A DNA stretch of 38,912 bases from an uncultured Gammaproteobacteria bacterium (GCA_964511055.1 CAZEDQ010000001.1:1-38912); one strand, 5' to 3'. Counted from the first letter of the stretch, positions 26,157-34,757 are shown. The notes: generated by a model from the letters alone, not told the origin. Translations and numbers: made by a program.

Positions 26157-27144
26157 AATCACAAAGGACGCTAAAAAGGTAATTAACAATTTACTTCTTT
26201 TAGTAATTTTCATTCTTTCAATACAAATTGTAATATTCTACATCTTTCAAATCGGAGTAACCCCGGAATTATTGGATTTGAAAAAAAACCTAAAATCATA
26301 CCCGGACGTTATATATTTTGGGGATAGTGTTTCAATATTTGTCGCAAAAAGCGACACAGACAAATTAACGCTTCCTCAGCATATCCAGCAGGAAATTCCA
26401 CGATTTATAATTACGACAATTATTCATGGGGCATACAACCTTAATGATTACGCAAATTATTCAAAGTTGGTTTCAAAATCTAGCGTTCCACCTAAAATAG
26501 CAGTAGTTTCTGTTAATATGCGGTCATTTTCTCCCGCATGGTACAAAAATCCGCCGTACATCTTCTTAAAAGAACACCTATTTTTAACTTTTGACCCTTT
26601 TCCTGTGGATGCAATTTACAAGCCGCTTTACCAGTTGCACGTTTTAGATTTATTGCAGAAATACAATTTTATAAATTTTAGTAATTCACCGATTTACAAT
26701 GGCGGCAATTTTGTAGGCCGCCTGAGCTCTTTTTTGAAAGACGATTACGGAAAATCGCAGGAGGAAAAAATGAAAAATAAAATAATGGTCAATTACATGT
26801 ACAGTCTTTCAGATGAACATGAGCTAATTAAATCCATGCAGTTTTTGGCACAGCGTTTAAATAAAAAAGGCATTAAGGTTATTTTTTACATTACGCCAAT
26901 TGATTATCAAAATGCAGAAAAATATTGGGGTAATGATTTTAAAGATATTTTGGAGAAAAACATCCAAGTAATCAAGAAAGTCGCAGAAGCAAACAGTGCA
27001 GACTATTTAGATTTGTCACGAAGCCTGGACACAAATTCCTTTGGATGGAAGGAGGAGACCTACGTTAGTGAGCATTTAAACGAAAAAGGACGCAAGCTTG
27101 TCTCCCATGCAATTTCAACTTTTATCTTGGCAAAGTCAGAATAA
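26125..27144 (+). CDS. membrane-anchored SGNH/GDSL-type acyl esterase or transferase partner (PatB/AlgJ/DltD-like role)
   Basis: N-terminal TM helix, block I YFGDSVS and block V-like SEHLNEKG. Overlaps the end of the MBOAT gene. Confidence 0.7.
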   Translation: MKRHLSIFSFKITKDAKKVINNLLLLVIFILSIQIVIFYIFQIGVTPELLDLKKNLKSYPDVIYFGDSVSIFVAKSDTDKLTLPQHIQQEIPRFIITTIIHGAYNLNDYANYSKLVSKSSVPPKIAVVSVNMRSFSPAWYKNPPYIFLKEHLFLTFDPFPVDAIYKPLYQLHVLDLLQKYNFINFSNSPIYNGGNFVGRLSSFLKDDYGKSQEEKMKNKIMVNYMYSLSDEHELIKSMQFLAQRLNKKGIKVIFYITPIDYQNAEKYWGNDFKDILEKNIQVIKKVAEANSADYLDLSRSLDTNSFGWKEETYVSEHLNEKGRKLVSHAISTFILAKSE

Positions 27145-27182
27145 ATAGCGCCGCTTTTGGGTTCTAATCATCCCATAACCCC

Positions 27183-27195
27183 TCAATTTCTCCGC
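27183..27195 (+). repeat. right copy of direct repeat TCAATTTCTCCGC (upstream extension TCCCATAAC)
   Basis: Exact 13-mer shared with 24580-24592. Confidence 0.5.
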
Positions 27196-27204
27196 TATGT
27201 GGGG

Positions 27205-28071
27205 CTAGGCCAGTGTTAAAACTTTGCCACTTTCTTTTAGCGTGGACATGTAGGCAATACCGTGGGCGACTTCTTCCGGTTCAAAAAACCTTCCGACCGG
27301 AAAAGTCCTTTTTTGGAGAGCCTCAAGAACCCTTGCTTCTTTTTCTTCAAGTGATGTAATTATTTCGGTCCTAACGCCTGCGGGGCGCACAATTCCAACC
27401 GCTGCGTTGTTTTTTAGAAGCACAAGTCTTCTGGCGATTGCTTTTGCTGCTGCCTCTCCGCCGGCTTTTGCGGCAGAATAATTCGCCTGGCCGGGGTTGC
27501 CGAATTCCGAAACACTGCTGATGTATACAATATTTGGGACGTTCTCGCCATAATCCTGTTCGATCATATGCTTTGCAAGTGCCTGCATCGTAAACCAGGC
27601 CATATCCAAATTCCCATGGGAAACGGCCTGCCACTTTTCGGCAGTCATGTCTTCCGCATTGGCATCATCAATAAAGCCTGCATTAACAACTCCAATGTCA
27701 ATTTTTCCAAAACCAAAAGATCTCGCATCGGCCAATATTTTTTCTGCCTCATCCGGTAACAGTAAATCGCCGCCAACGAAAATGCCTTCCCCTCCAAGTG
27801 AATCAATTTCACGGGCAACCTCATGCCCTTTGTCCTCATCTCTGCCATGAACAATAACATTCATTCCAAGTCGGCCAAACAGGAGTGCTGTTGCCTTTCC
27901 GATTCCTCTGGTAGAGCCTGTCACAAGTGCGGTTCTTCCCCTCAAACGGGCCTCATCAAGAATTAATTCTTCAAGAGGGTTGGAAATCAGGCGATCACCG
28001 AGTTCTGCGCGGATAGTATCCCGGTTAATGCGAGGCGGAAACGATGTAGTTAGATCTATTTCTGGTGTCAT
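27205..28071 (-). CDS. short-chain dehydrogenase/reductase (FabG-like) with an N-terminal extension of about 45 aa
   Basis: TGSTRGIG cofactor motif, NAG and YSAAK. I chose ATG 28071 because the ORF-track TTG at 28113 is the TTG of a TTGACA -35 box. Confidence 0.85.
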   Translation of the reverse strand: MTPEIDLTTSFPPRINRDTIRAELGDRLISNPLEELILDEARLRGRTALVTGSTRGIGKATALLFGRLGMNVIVHGRDEDKGHEVAREIDSLGGEGIFVGGDLLLPDEAEKILADARSFGFGKIDIGVVNAGFIDDANAEDMTAEKWQAVSHGNLDMAWFTMQALAKHMIEQDYGENVPNIVYISSVSEFGNPGQANYSAAKAGGEAAAKAIARRLVLLKNNAAVGIVRPAGVRTEIITSLEEKEARVLEALQKRTFPVGRFFEPEEVAHGIAYMSTLKESGKVLTLA

Positions 28072-28084
28072 AAAATGATAGGTC

Positions 28085-28113
28085 TTTTTACAACGTAGCC
28101 GGGTTCTTGTCAA
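28085..28113 (-). promoter_or_regulatory. putative promoter TTGACA-N17-TAAAAA upstream of the SDR gene
   Basis: Read on the minus strand: -35 at 28108-28113 and -10 at 28085-28090. The ATG is 13 nt downstream. Confidence 0.5.
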
Positions 28114-28167
28114 GGCAAGTGATATGCAGAAGCTGCTGGGCGAACGTTGAGTATTTAGTTCTGAAGT

Positions 28168-29040
28168 TTACCCGATCTTAATAAGTATCGCCCCTAAAAT
28201 CATAATAGCTGTAGAAATCCATACATGTTTTGCCGGTTTTTCCCTAAAAAATAAAATGCTCAGGACAAGAATAAAAAATATCTGTAGGCGTTTAACCGCC
28301 ATAGCAAGAGCAACGGGACCTGTCACAAAAGCATAAAAAACCAGAAACGAAACACCTAAAAAAAGAAGACTGTTTAAAAATAAAATTGCAAAATTGTTTT
28401 TAAGTTCAGGAATCCAAGTTTTGTTTTCTTTTTTAAAGAAAAACAAAAAAAGAAGCGCAGACATCGTAGCTTGTTCAAAAAGCATCACAAAAACCGGACT
28501 ATTAGGCTGGGAATTTGTAATACCAATCTTGTCAAAAACAGAGGTAATACTACCCAGCATTATTGCAAAAATGTAAATAGCCGAAGATCTCGAAGTAAAA
28601 AGAATTTTAAATGGTTTTAAAAAGCTCTCTTTTGCCATATCAAGGTTTAGGAAGTAAGAACCAACAATAATTGTACTTAGTCCTAAAACCGGAATTGGCC
28701 TTATTGTTTCCGAAAGGATCAATAGCCCGAAAATGTATGTAAAAAATCCGCCAAAAGCCGTCAGAGGAAAAACTTTAGAAATAAGATTTTGTTTTAGTGT
28801 TTCGTTAATTATCGTTTTCGCAAAAACAAAAGAAAGTGCCGACCCGAAAACGCCAATTAGGAATAATTGGTTTATAGAAGGAATTCCCTCTAAAAGTACA
28901 ATTGCGGCAACGATTGGTAAAGTTAGGGCAAAAAGCGACCAGGTTAAAAGGGCAGCGCTAACATTATGGAGTAGTTTTTTGTTCAAGATAACATCAAAAG
29001 CGCCCAGAACTGCAGACCCGAAAGCAAACCAAAACCACAT
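28168..29040 (-). CDS. EamA/DMT-family transporter
   Basis: 290 aa with about 10 hydrophobic helices in two similar halves. Confidence 0.8.
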   Translation of the reverse strand: MWFWFAFGSAVLGAFDVILNKKLLHNVSAALLTWSLFALTLPIVAAIVLLEGIPSINQLFLIGVFGSALSFVFAKTIINETLKQNLISKVFPLTAFGGFFTYIFGLLILSETIRPIPVLGLSTIIVGSYFLNLDMAKESFLKPFKILFTSRSSAIYIFAIMLGSITSVFDKIGITNSQPNSPVFVMLFEQATMSALLFLFFFKKENKTWIPELKNNFAILFLNSLLFLGVSFLVFYAFVTGPVALAMAVKRLQIFFILVLSILFFREKPAKHVWISTAIMILGAILIKIG

Positions 29041-29046
29041 ATTTGG

Positions 29047-29055
29047 ATTATAGCA
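29047..29055 (-). promoter_or_regulatory. extended -10 (TGcTATAAT) ending 6 nt before the EamA ATG at 29040
   Basis: Read on the minus strand: TATAAT at 29047-29052 and TG at 29054-29055. Confidence 0.45.
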
Positions 29056-29080
29056 ACAGAATAACCCTCAAGTGTTAGAC

Positions 29081-29109
29081 TTGCTTTATTATAGGCCTCT
29101 TAGTATAAT
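29081..29109 (+). promoter_or_regulatory. putative promoter TTGCTT-N17-TATAAT for the methyltransferase gene
   Basis: -35 at 29081-29086 and -10 at 29104-29109. It lies inside the ORF-track GTG extension, which argues for the ATG at 29135. Confidence 0.5.
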
Positions 29110-29134
29110 TCACATCTTATCTGCCCATCAAGAT

Positions 29135-29980
29135 ATGCTTGCAAATGGTGTAGAAACCAACGTTTACAGAGGTCTCACATCTCCCAGTACAATCTCGAGG
29201 GAGCTATATGAGTGTGAGACAAGTTGGAACAGTGGCGAATTAAGACCCGGGAAATTCGACCAGTTCCTTGCTACTCAGCTTGAGCTTGCAGCCGCTCAGG
29301 GCAGAAGCACAGTCAACGTCCTAGATTTAGGTTGTGGAACAGGTGCCCTTATCAAAAACATCGTAAACGATAAGATAGATGAAGACAGGCAAAGAATAGC
29401 GGCCTCGCGAAGGATCCTTTCGGCAAATCCAGGGCTTCGAATTAGGATTATTGGCTTAACGGATGCCCCGTCAGACGGTAAATACCTCAAAAGTGAAGCA
29501 GTCGTGCCTTCACCATACGTTGTCCCGTTGCCCACAAATGACCAAATTAACGCCGAAATTGTCTACTTTTCAATAACAGCCAATCAAACAATCGGGCAGT
29601 TTGCCGAAGCAACAGGCCTTGATAATATAGATTTGGTAGTTTCAACCGGCTTTCTGCTTTATTTAGGAGATATGGATGTGTATAAAAAAACGATACAAGA
29701 TGTAGCAAAAAGGCTGAGGCCAAGCGGTGGCAGGTTTCTTGGTGCAGATTATGCAGGCTGGATATCACCAGAAGCTGCTAGCCGGGAGCAGGTTGAGGAA
29801 CTTATGCAGAAATTAAATGCAACAGACAATCCGATAGAGTCCGCTGCGAAAAAAATCAAAGAATTAGTTAAAAAAGCAGAAAAGCTTGAAAAGCAAAGGA
29901 GAGCCTTTATCCGGGAATTTTCGAAAGAGCCTGGGCTTGATGTTAAATATGACGAGCACGTTTTCGTTGTGACAAAATAG
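29135..29980 (+). CDS. class I SAM-dependent methyltransferase with a charged coiled-coil tail
   Basis: Motif I VLDLGCGTGAL and a Lys/Glu-rich C-terminal helix. Substrate unknown. Confidence 0.8.
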   Translation: MLANGVETNVYRGLTSPSTISRELYECETSWNSGELRPGKFDQFLATQLELAAAQGRSTVNVLDLGCGTGALIKNIVNDKIDEDRQRIAASRRILSANPGLRIRIIGLTDAPSDGKYLKSEAVVPSPYVVPLPTNDQINAEIVYFSITANQTIGQFAEATGLDNIDLVVSTGFLLYLGDMDVYKKTIQDVAKRLRPSGGRFLGADYAGWISPEAASREQVEELMQKLNATDNPIESAAKKIKELVKKAEKLEKQRRAFIREFSKEPGLDVKYDEHVFVVTK

Positions 29981-30029
29981 ATAAATTCATCTGTTATAAT
30001 TTGCCCTATCTCTGAACGAATGCAATTTC

Positions 30030-30044
30030 CTGCTCAAAGAGCAG
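30030..30044. terminator. short hairpin CTGCTC-AAA-GAGCAG between convergent genes
   Basis: 6-bp stem, 3-nt loop and AT-rich flanks. Weak. Confidence 0.25.
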
Positions 30045-30065
30045 ATATTAACTCAGCATAAAATT

Positions 30066-30902
30066 TTAGTAGCAGAACGCATCAGGGATATTAACTGTTA
30101 AAGTGGCATCCTTTGTAGACATGCACTGTTTACCATCCCACATAGGCAGATAAATGTTTGTTCCACATCTTGGGTCGCAAACGTAAACATCGTACGGCGT
30201 GGAAGGCAGTATTTTATCGCGTGAATTAAACTCAACAACCCCAAAAGGGACATCTTCCCTTGTTGCGACAATACACGACAGGCTTTTACAACCCGGGGTG
30301 CTTATGGCAACAGAAACAAAACGTTGCGGAAGAGGGGTGGGATATTGCGCATTTGGATCTGTAAACAGGTAGGGAGGACCGAAAAAGGAACTAATTAGGT
30401 TATATGCATAAGAAAACACCATGTAAGTCCCGAAAACAACAGGCAAAGCCGCAATTATAACCAAAATAGCTAAAAGCGCCGAAGGCTTGCTTTCTTGAAT
30501 CGGGCCGGGAAGTTCAGGCCTTTTTCTTAAAAAGTTGAAAATAAAATAAACCTGGGCAAGACCCAAAGACGTTATTATTATTCCGATAATTGAAGCAAGG
30601 CCCCGGTCTGACGCTTCAGGCCTATTGTCCAAATAGATCAAAAATAAACCGCAAAAAAGTACAAAAAATGTTAAGGCTGAAATAACTTTGGTGTTTTGAA
30701 AAATAAGGTCTAACAAATTGAGCGATTTAGCTTTCAAGAAATTTCTGATAATAATAACAAGTGCAAAGAAATTAACGACTAAAAAAAGAAAAGTCCCAAG
30801 AAATTGGCTCCAAATTGAATACAGGCCGAATATAAGTTGCGGGAGACCATAGGCAATCAGACTTGCAATAACAAGACCAAGACCAAGAGGCAATGTTTGC
30901 AT
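30066..30902 (-). CDS. hypothetical polytopic membrane protein with a 6-Cys C-terminal ectodomain
   Basis: About six hydrophobic helices followed by a Cys-rich roughly 100-aa tail. A TGcTAAGAT extended -10 (30913-30921) ends 10 nt upstream of the ATG. Confidence 0.65.
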   Translation of the reverse strand: MQTLPLGLGLVIASLIAYGLPQLIFGLYSIWSQFLGTFLFLVVNFFALVIIIRNFLKAKSLNLLDLIFQNTKVISALTFFVLFCGLFLIYLDNRPEASDRGLASIIGIIITSLGLAQVYFIFNFLRKRPELPGPIQESKPSALLAILVIIAALPVVFGTYMVFSYAYNLISSFFGPPYLFTDPNAQYPTPLPQRFVSVAISTPGCKSLSCIVATREDVPFGVVEFNSRDKILPSTPYDVYVCDPRCGTNIYLPMWDGKQCMSTKDATLTVNIPDAFCY

Positions 30903-30927
30903 TATTACAACAATCTTAGCACAAATT

Positions 30928-30936
30928 TGTTATAAT
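30928..30936 (+). promoter_or_regulatory. extended -10 (TGtTATAAT) ending 11 nt before the lipoprotein ATG at 30948
   Basis: TG at 30928-30929 and TATAAT at 30931-30936. It sits back to back with the divergent -10 at 30913-30921. Confidence 0.45.
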
Positions 30937-30947
30937 CCGCCCCGAAT

Positions 30948-31496
30948 ATGCCTAGCCTAAAAGAAAAGCTCTATTATCCTGTCATAGCATCTGCGCTGGC
31001 ACTTTCTCTACAAGCGTGTGACACTGGTGGAAGTAAACCACGACAAACTCAGGAAACAACCGGAGTGTCGACACCGATTAAAAACCCGGCAGGGGGAAAG
31101 AACACATCAACTCCCGAATCCGAATCTAAAGTTAATGTTGTGATTGCCTATTATCTATCTTCCGAAGCACCGGATTTACCCCTTGATGAAAATTGCGGCC
31201 ATTGGCTTTTGGCAGGTGACCAATCAACATTTAAAACGCCGCTTCCACCGGGTGACAAAACGCTCGAGTTTACCACAGACGTATCAGTCCGGGAAGGGCT
31301 GATTTTGTTCGGAGGACTCCCGGCAGTTGCAGATACCCATGTTAAAGCAAAATTCGAATACCAAGGTGGCATAGCAGTCCTCCCATTGGGATCGATAAGT
31401 AAAGTCGAACCAACCAGAATTTATTTCACACCGTACCTTCCGGCAAACGGCAAACCCAACCCCGATTGCATTAAACAGCAACCGCCAGCTTATTAA
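30948..31496 (+). CDS. putative lipoprotein
   Basis: Signal peptide ending in the lipobox-like LSLQAC, followed by a low-complexity linker. No family recognised. Confidence 0.7.
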   Translation: MPSLKEKLYYPVIASALALSLQACDTGGSKPRQTQETTGVSTPIKNPAGGKNTSTPESESKVNVVIAYYLSSEAPDLPLDENCGHWLLAGDQSTFKTPLPPGDKTLEFTTDVSVREGLILFGGLPAVADTHVKAKFEYQGGIAVLPLGSISKVEPTRIYFTPYLPANGKPNPDCIKQQPPAY

Positions 31497-31571
31497 TCAG
31501 CCTCAAAACCCTATATTGTCTTTTGATTTTTCCCGCGCTAAACTAACCCTTCATAGATTGGAGGTGAAAGA

Positions 31572-31946
31572 ATGATAAAAGCACTAGATGGAGTTCTGCT
31601 TTCTTCCGAAGACTCTCAAAAACTTGCGGATTTTTACAAAGACAAAGTCGGCCTTAAATGCACGATGGAATTTGAAATGGGCGAAAACAATGAAAAAGGC
31701 TTTGAGTTTGCGGATGTAAAACTATATGTAAACCAGCATTCCGAAGTCCACGGAAAAACAAAAGAGCCCCAGCGCGTTATTCTAAACTTTGAAACCGAAG
31801 ATATTGAAGAAGAAGTTGCAAAACTGGATAAGGCCGGGATTAAAAAAATAAAGGACACATATCACGTTGAAGGCTACGGCTTAATCGCCACCTACCAGGA
31901 CGTTGACGGAAATTATTTCCAGGTTGTCCAGGTTAGGGAAAATTAG
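31572..31946 (+). CDS. VOC (glyoxalase/bleomycin-resistance/dioxygenase) superfamily protein
   Basis: 124 aa with a beta-alpha-beta-beta-beta style repeat pattern. Canonical GGAGGTGA SD upstream. Confidence 0.75.
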   Translation: MIKALDGVLLSSEDSQKLADFYKDKVGLKCTMEFEMGENNEKGFEFADVKLYVNQHSEVHGKTKEPQRVILNFETEDIEEEVAKLDKAGIKKIKDTYHVEGYGLIATYQDVDGNYFQVVQVREN

Positions 31947-31952
31947 CCTCAA

Positions 31953-33290
31953 TTGCCTCGTTATGCCAGGGACGCGCCAATGGGATACAATTGGATGATG
32001 GCGGAAGACGAAAGGCTAATCGAAGAGGATCTCGAAATAACGGCGGCGACAGCGGGCCAGGCGCCTATTCAACTACCGGGTCGTGTAATTTCTGTTTTTC
32101 CCGCCCTTGCCCACCGTAATTTCCAGCTTTATTTTGCCGGACAGGCCATTTCCCTAGTTGGGTTCTGGCTCCAGCAGGTAGGCCTCGGTTTTTTTGTTTT
32201 TCAATTGACGCATTCACCTTTCTGGGTTGGGGTTGTAGCGGCAGTCGGTGGATTGCCGATCCTGATTTTTACCACATTTGCAGGCGTTTTTATCGACAAG
32301 CTCAATAAGCAAAAACTGCTGGTTATTACCCAGGTTGTCGACGCTATGGTTGCTTTTACTTTCGGTTTATCAATTTTTGGCCATTTTGCCTCACTCCCGC
32401 TTATCCTTTTTTTAGCATTTATAAGCGGTACAACAGGGTCTATCGACCTGCCTGCAAGGCTTACCTTTATTGTGGAAATGGTCGGCAAACGGGATTTGGC
32501 ATCAGCAATCCCCATGAACAACGGTGTTTTTAACGGAGCCCGCTTTGTTGGTCCGGCCCTGGCAGGTGCCCTGATTGCCTCATTCGGTGTCGGCTGGACA
32601 TTTATCCTAAACGGCCTAAGCTATATTGCCGGAATCTGGGCAATTATCGCCATCCGCCCCGTTTATTCATTTGAACCCCAAAAGGAAAACAAGCACCCAT
32701 TGGAATCTTTAAAAGAAGGCTTGAAATTCTCTTTTACCCACCCGCAAATATTTTATTTCATGGTTTTGGCGTCTATAACCGCAATTTTTATTTGGCCTTA
32801 CCAAACTTTAATGCCTGTTATCGCGGAAAATATCTTTGCAGGCGGCGCAAAAGGGCTTGGTTCACTTCTTTCGGCAGCAGGGGCAGGTAGTTTGGTTGGG
32901 GCAGTAGTAACATCCGCCCTTTCCAGATGGAAAAATAAAAGCAATCTGGTTTTGGCCGGCCTTTTAATATCCAGCTTAAGCCTGATTTTATTTTCCCAAA
33001 ACAAAAACTTTACTATAGCCCACGTTTTGCTTTTCGTAGCCGGCTTCGGCGTCCTTATCCAGGTATCAACCTTAAACACATTGGTCCAACTGGCATCGCC
33101 GGATAATATGAGAGGCCGCATAATGGCAGTTTATTTGACTATGTTTGTCGGCATGATGCCTCTGGGAAGCTTTTTGGCAGGCACAATCGCCCAAAAAACT
33201 TCGGCACTTTTCACGATAGGCATAGGCGCGGTCCTTGTTCTGGTAGTCGGAGGCTTCTTATACCTCCGCGGCGTTTTTTCCACTTTATAA
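31953..33290 (+). CDS. MFS transporter (EntS/MFS_3-like)
   Basis: About 12 hydrophobic helices. The start is uncertain: TTG 31953 or ATG 31980/31995/31998. Confidence 0.8.
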   Translation: MPRYARDAPMGYNWMMAEDERLIEEDLEITAATAGQAPIQLPGRVISVFPALAHRNFQLYFAGQAISLVGFWLQQVGLGFFVFQLTHSPFWVGVVAAVGGLPILIFTTFAGVFIDKLNKQKLLVITQVVDAMVAFTFGLSIFGHFASLPLILFLAFISGTTGSIDLPARLTFIVEMVGKRDLASAIPMNNGVFNGARFVGPALAGALIASFGVGWTFILNGLSYIAGIWAIIAIRPVYSFEPQKENKHPLESLKEGLKFSFTHPQIFYFMVLASITAIFIWPYQTLMPVIAENIFAGGAKGLGSLLSAAGAGSLVGAVVTSALSRWKNKSNLVLAGLLISSLSLILFSQNKNFTIAHVLLFVAGFGVLIQVSTLNTLVQLASPDNMRGRIMAVYLTMFVGMMPLGSFLAGTIAQKTSALFTIGIGAVLVLVVGGFLYLRGVFSTL

Positions 33291-33299
33291 TCTCAGCAG

Positions 33300-33329
33300 T
33301 TGCTTTTTTTGCGCTCGCGGCGTTAAAAT
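33300..33329 (+). promoter_or_regulatory. putative promoter TTGCTT-N18-TAAAAT, with the -10 ending 7 nt before ATG 33337
   Basis: -35 at 33300-33305 and -10 at 33324-33329. Confidence 0.5.
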
Positions 33330-33336
33330 CCGCCCT

Positions 33337-34410
33337 ATGCCAGTTGAACGTAGGCCGGAAATCATTGGCCTCGGTAAAGCACAAGGTTCAAGAGTCATTA
33401 CAAACTTCGATGTTGCCCAAATGATGGACGAGGGTAGAAAAGACGGCGAAAGGAAAATACCGGCAAAAGTTGTTGATAAGCTTGCCAAGAGAGTTGGCTT
33501 AGACAAGAGAGGTTGGTTAAATGACGGTGAAGGTGCTTCGTATCTTGGCACAATTGCAACAAAACAAGCAATGGAGATGGCAGGAGTGACGATCGGTGAT
33601 GTTAAATCAGTGATGGTTGCAACGGGCCTCCCGGATTATTTAGGCGTCCCAACCGGCACAATCATAGTCGAAAATCTTGGTGGGAATAAAAAAATCCAAA
33701 CTGCAGACATTTCTGGTGCATGCCCCGGTTTTTTCCATGCACTAAAGAGTGTAACGGATAGCCTTTCCAATCCTTACGGAATTGGTGGCCCTCAAGTTTG
33801 TGTGGCAGCAGAACCTGCAAGCAAAGGAATAAATGCAAGGGTGCCGGAAACTTATATGTTATTTGGCGATGGCGGAGGAGCCTTTGTAATGGATTTGGTT
33901 GATGTCGACAGCACAAGCCCCATGTTCACTTTTGACTTTGGCAATGATCCTAGCCTCAGGGAAAACTTATATGTTCCGGTCGGAGGGAGTAGAGTACCAA
34001 CTACCATAGAGTCCCTGGAACAAAACCTTAACTGCATAAGAATGGATGGTCCAAAAGTCAAAGAAGCGGCAATTAGGTATATGACGGAGATTGCCGAAAG
34101 CGTTTTGGCCAAAGCCCACATGACGCTTGACGATATTGATTTGGTTATCCCGCATCAGGCCAATTTGGAAATAATAAACGGGGTAGCTGCAAATCTACAA
34201 GTCCCCGATGAAAAACTTTATGTAAATATCCAAAGGTACGGCAACACTTCGGCAGCTTCAGTTCCGATTGCAATCAGGGAAGCTTGGGAAGAAGGAAGGC
34301 TTAAAAGGGGAGATAAAGTCCTGGCAGTTACCTTTGGGGCAGGATTGAATTTTGCAGGCGCCATTATCCCGATGAATGCTTTGCCCCAAGCAAATCAATC
34401 CCAGCAATGA
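33337..34410 (+). CDS. KAS III (FabH-like) thiolase-fold condensing enzyme
   Basis: Cys-His-Asn triad contexts GACPGF, PHQANLEII and YGNTSAASVP; 357 aa. Confidence 0.85.
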   Translation: MPVERRPEIIGLGKAQGSRVITNFDVAQMMDEGRKDGERKIPAKVVDKLAKRVGLDKRGWLNDGEGASYLGTIATKQAMEMAGVTIGDVKSVMVATGLPDYLGVPTGTIIVENLGGNKKIQTADISGACPGFFHALKSVTDSLSNPYGIGGPQVCVAAEPASKGINARVPETYMLFGDGGGAFVMDLVDVDSTSPMFTFDFGNDPSLRENLYVPVGGSRVPTTIESLEQNLNCIRMDGPKVKEAAIRYMTEIAESVLAKAHMTLDDIDLVIPHQANLEIINGVAANLQVPDEKLYVNIQRYGNTSAASVPIAIREAWEEGRLKRGDKVLAVTFGAGLNFAGAIIPMNALPQANQSQQ

Positions 34411-34712
34411 TATTAATTTTAACTACAACCGACAAAATCACTGTTGCCAAGAAAATCACCAAAGCGCTTTTAGGCCAAAAACTCATCGCCTGTGCAAGCA
34501 TCATCCCGATGCATTCCTCTTATTGGTGGCACAAAAAGATTGTTAATGCAAAAGAATATCAACTTATACTAAAAACTGAAGCCTCAAATTACAAAAAGAT
34601 CGAAAAAGAAATAAAAAAACTCCACACTTATGATTTGCCGGAAATAATCTCCATAAATATCCAAAAAGCAGGGAAAGATTACCTTACCTGGATCCACAAA
34701 GAGTTAGGTTAA
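34407..34712 (+). CDS. cutA: CutA1 divalent-ion tolerance family protein
   Basis: 101 aa with LIACASIIPMHSSYWW, KT and HTYDLPEI. ATGA overlap with the KAS III gene. Confidence 0.85.
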   Translation: MILILTTTDKITVAKKITKALLGQKLIACASIIPMHSSYWWHKKIVNAKEYQLILKTEASNYKKIEKEIKKLHTYDLPEIISINIQKAGKDYLTWIHKELG

Positions 34713-34717
34713 AGCGG

Positions 34718-34747
34718 TTGACACTATAGGTCAATTCTTGATACAAT
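34718..34747 (+). promoter_or_regulatory. near-consensus promoter TTGACA-N18-TGaTACAAT, with the -10 ending 10 nt before ATG 34758
   Basis: -35 at 34718-34723, TG at 34739-34740 and -10 at 34742-34747. Confidence 0.65.
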
Positions 34748-34757
34748 TTCAGTTTGT

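Noticed and set aside
28072-28113. TTG start at 28113 extending the SDR gene, and likewise TTG 37113 extending the ParB-like gene.
   Set aside because: In both cases the TTG is the first three bases of a TTGAC(A/T) -35 hexamer. A correctly spaced -10 follows, and then an ATG at 28071 or 37077.
29072-29134. GTG 29072 start for the methyltransferase.
   Set aside because: A TTGCTT-N17-TATAAT promoter lies inside this extension, and the first start codon after the predicted transcript start is ATG 29135.
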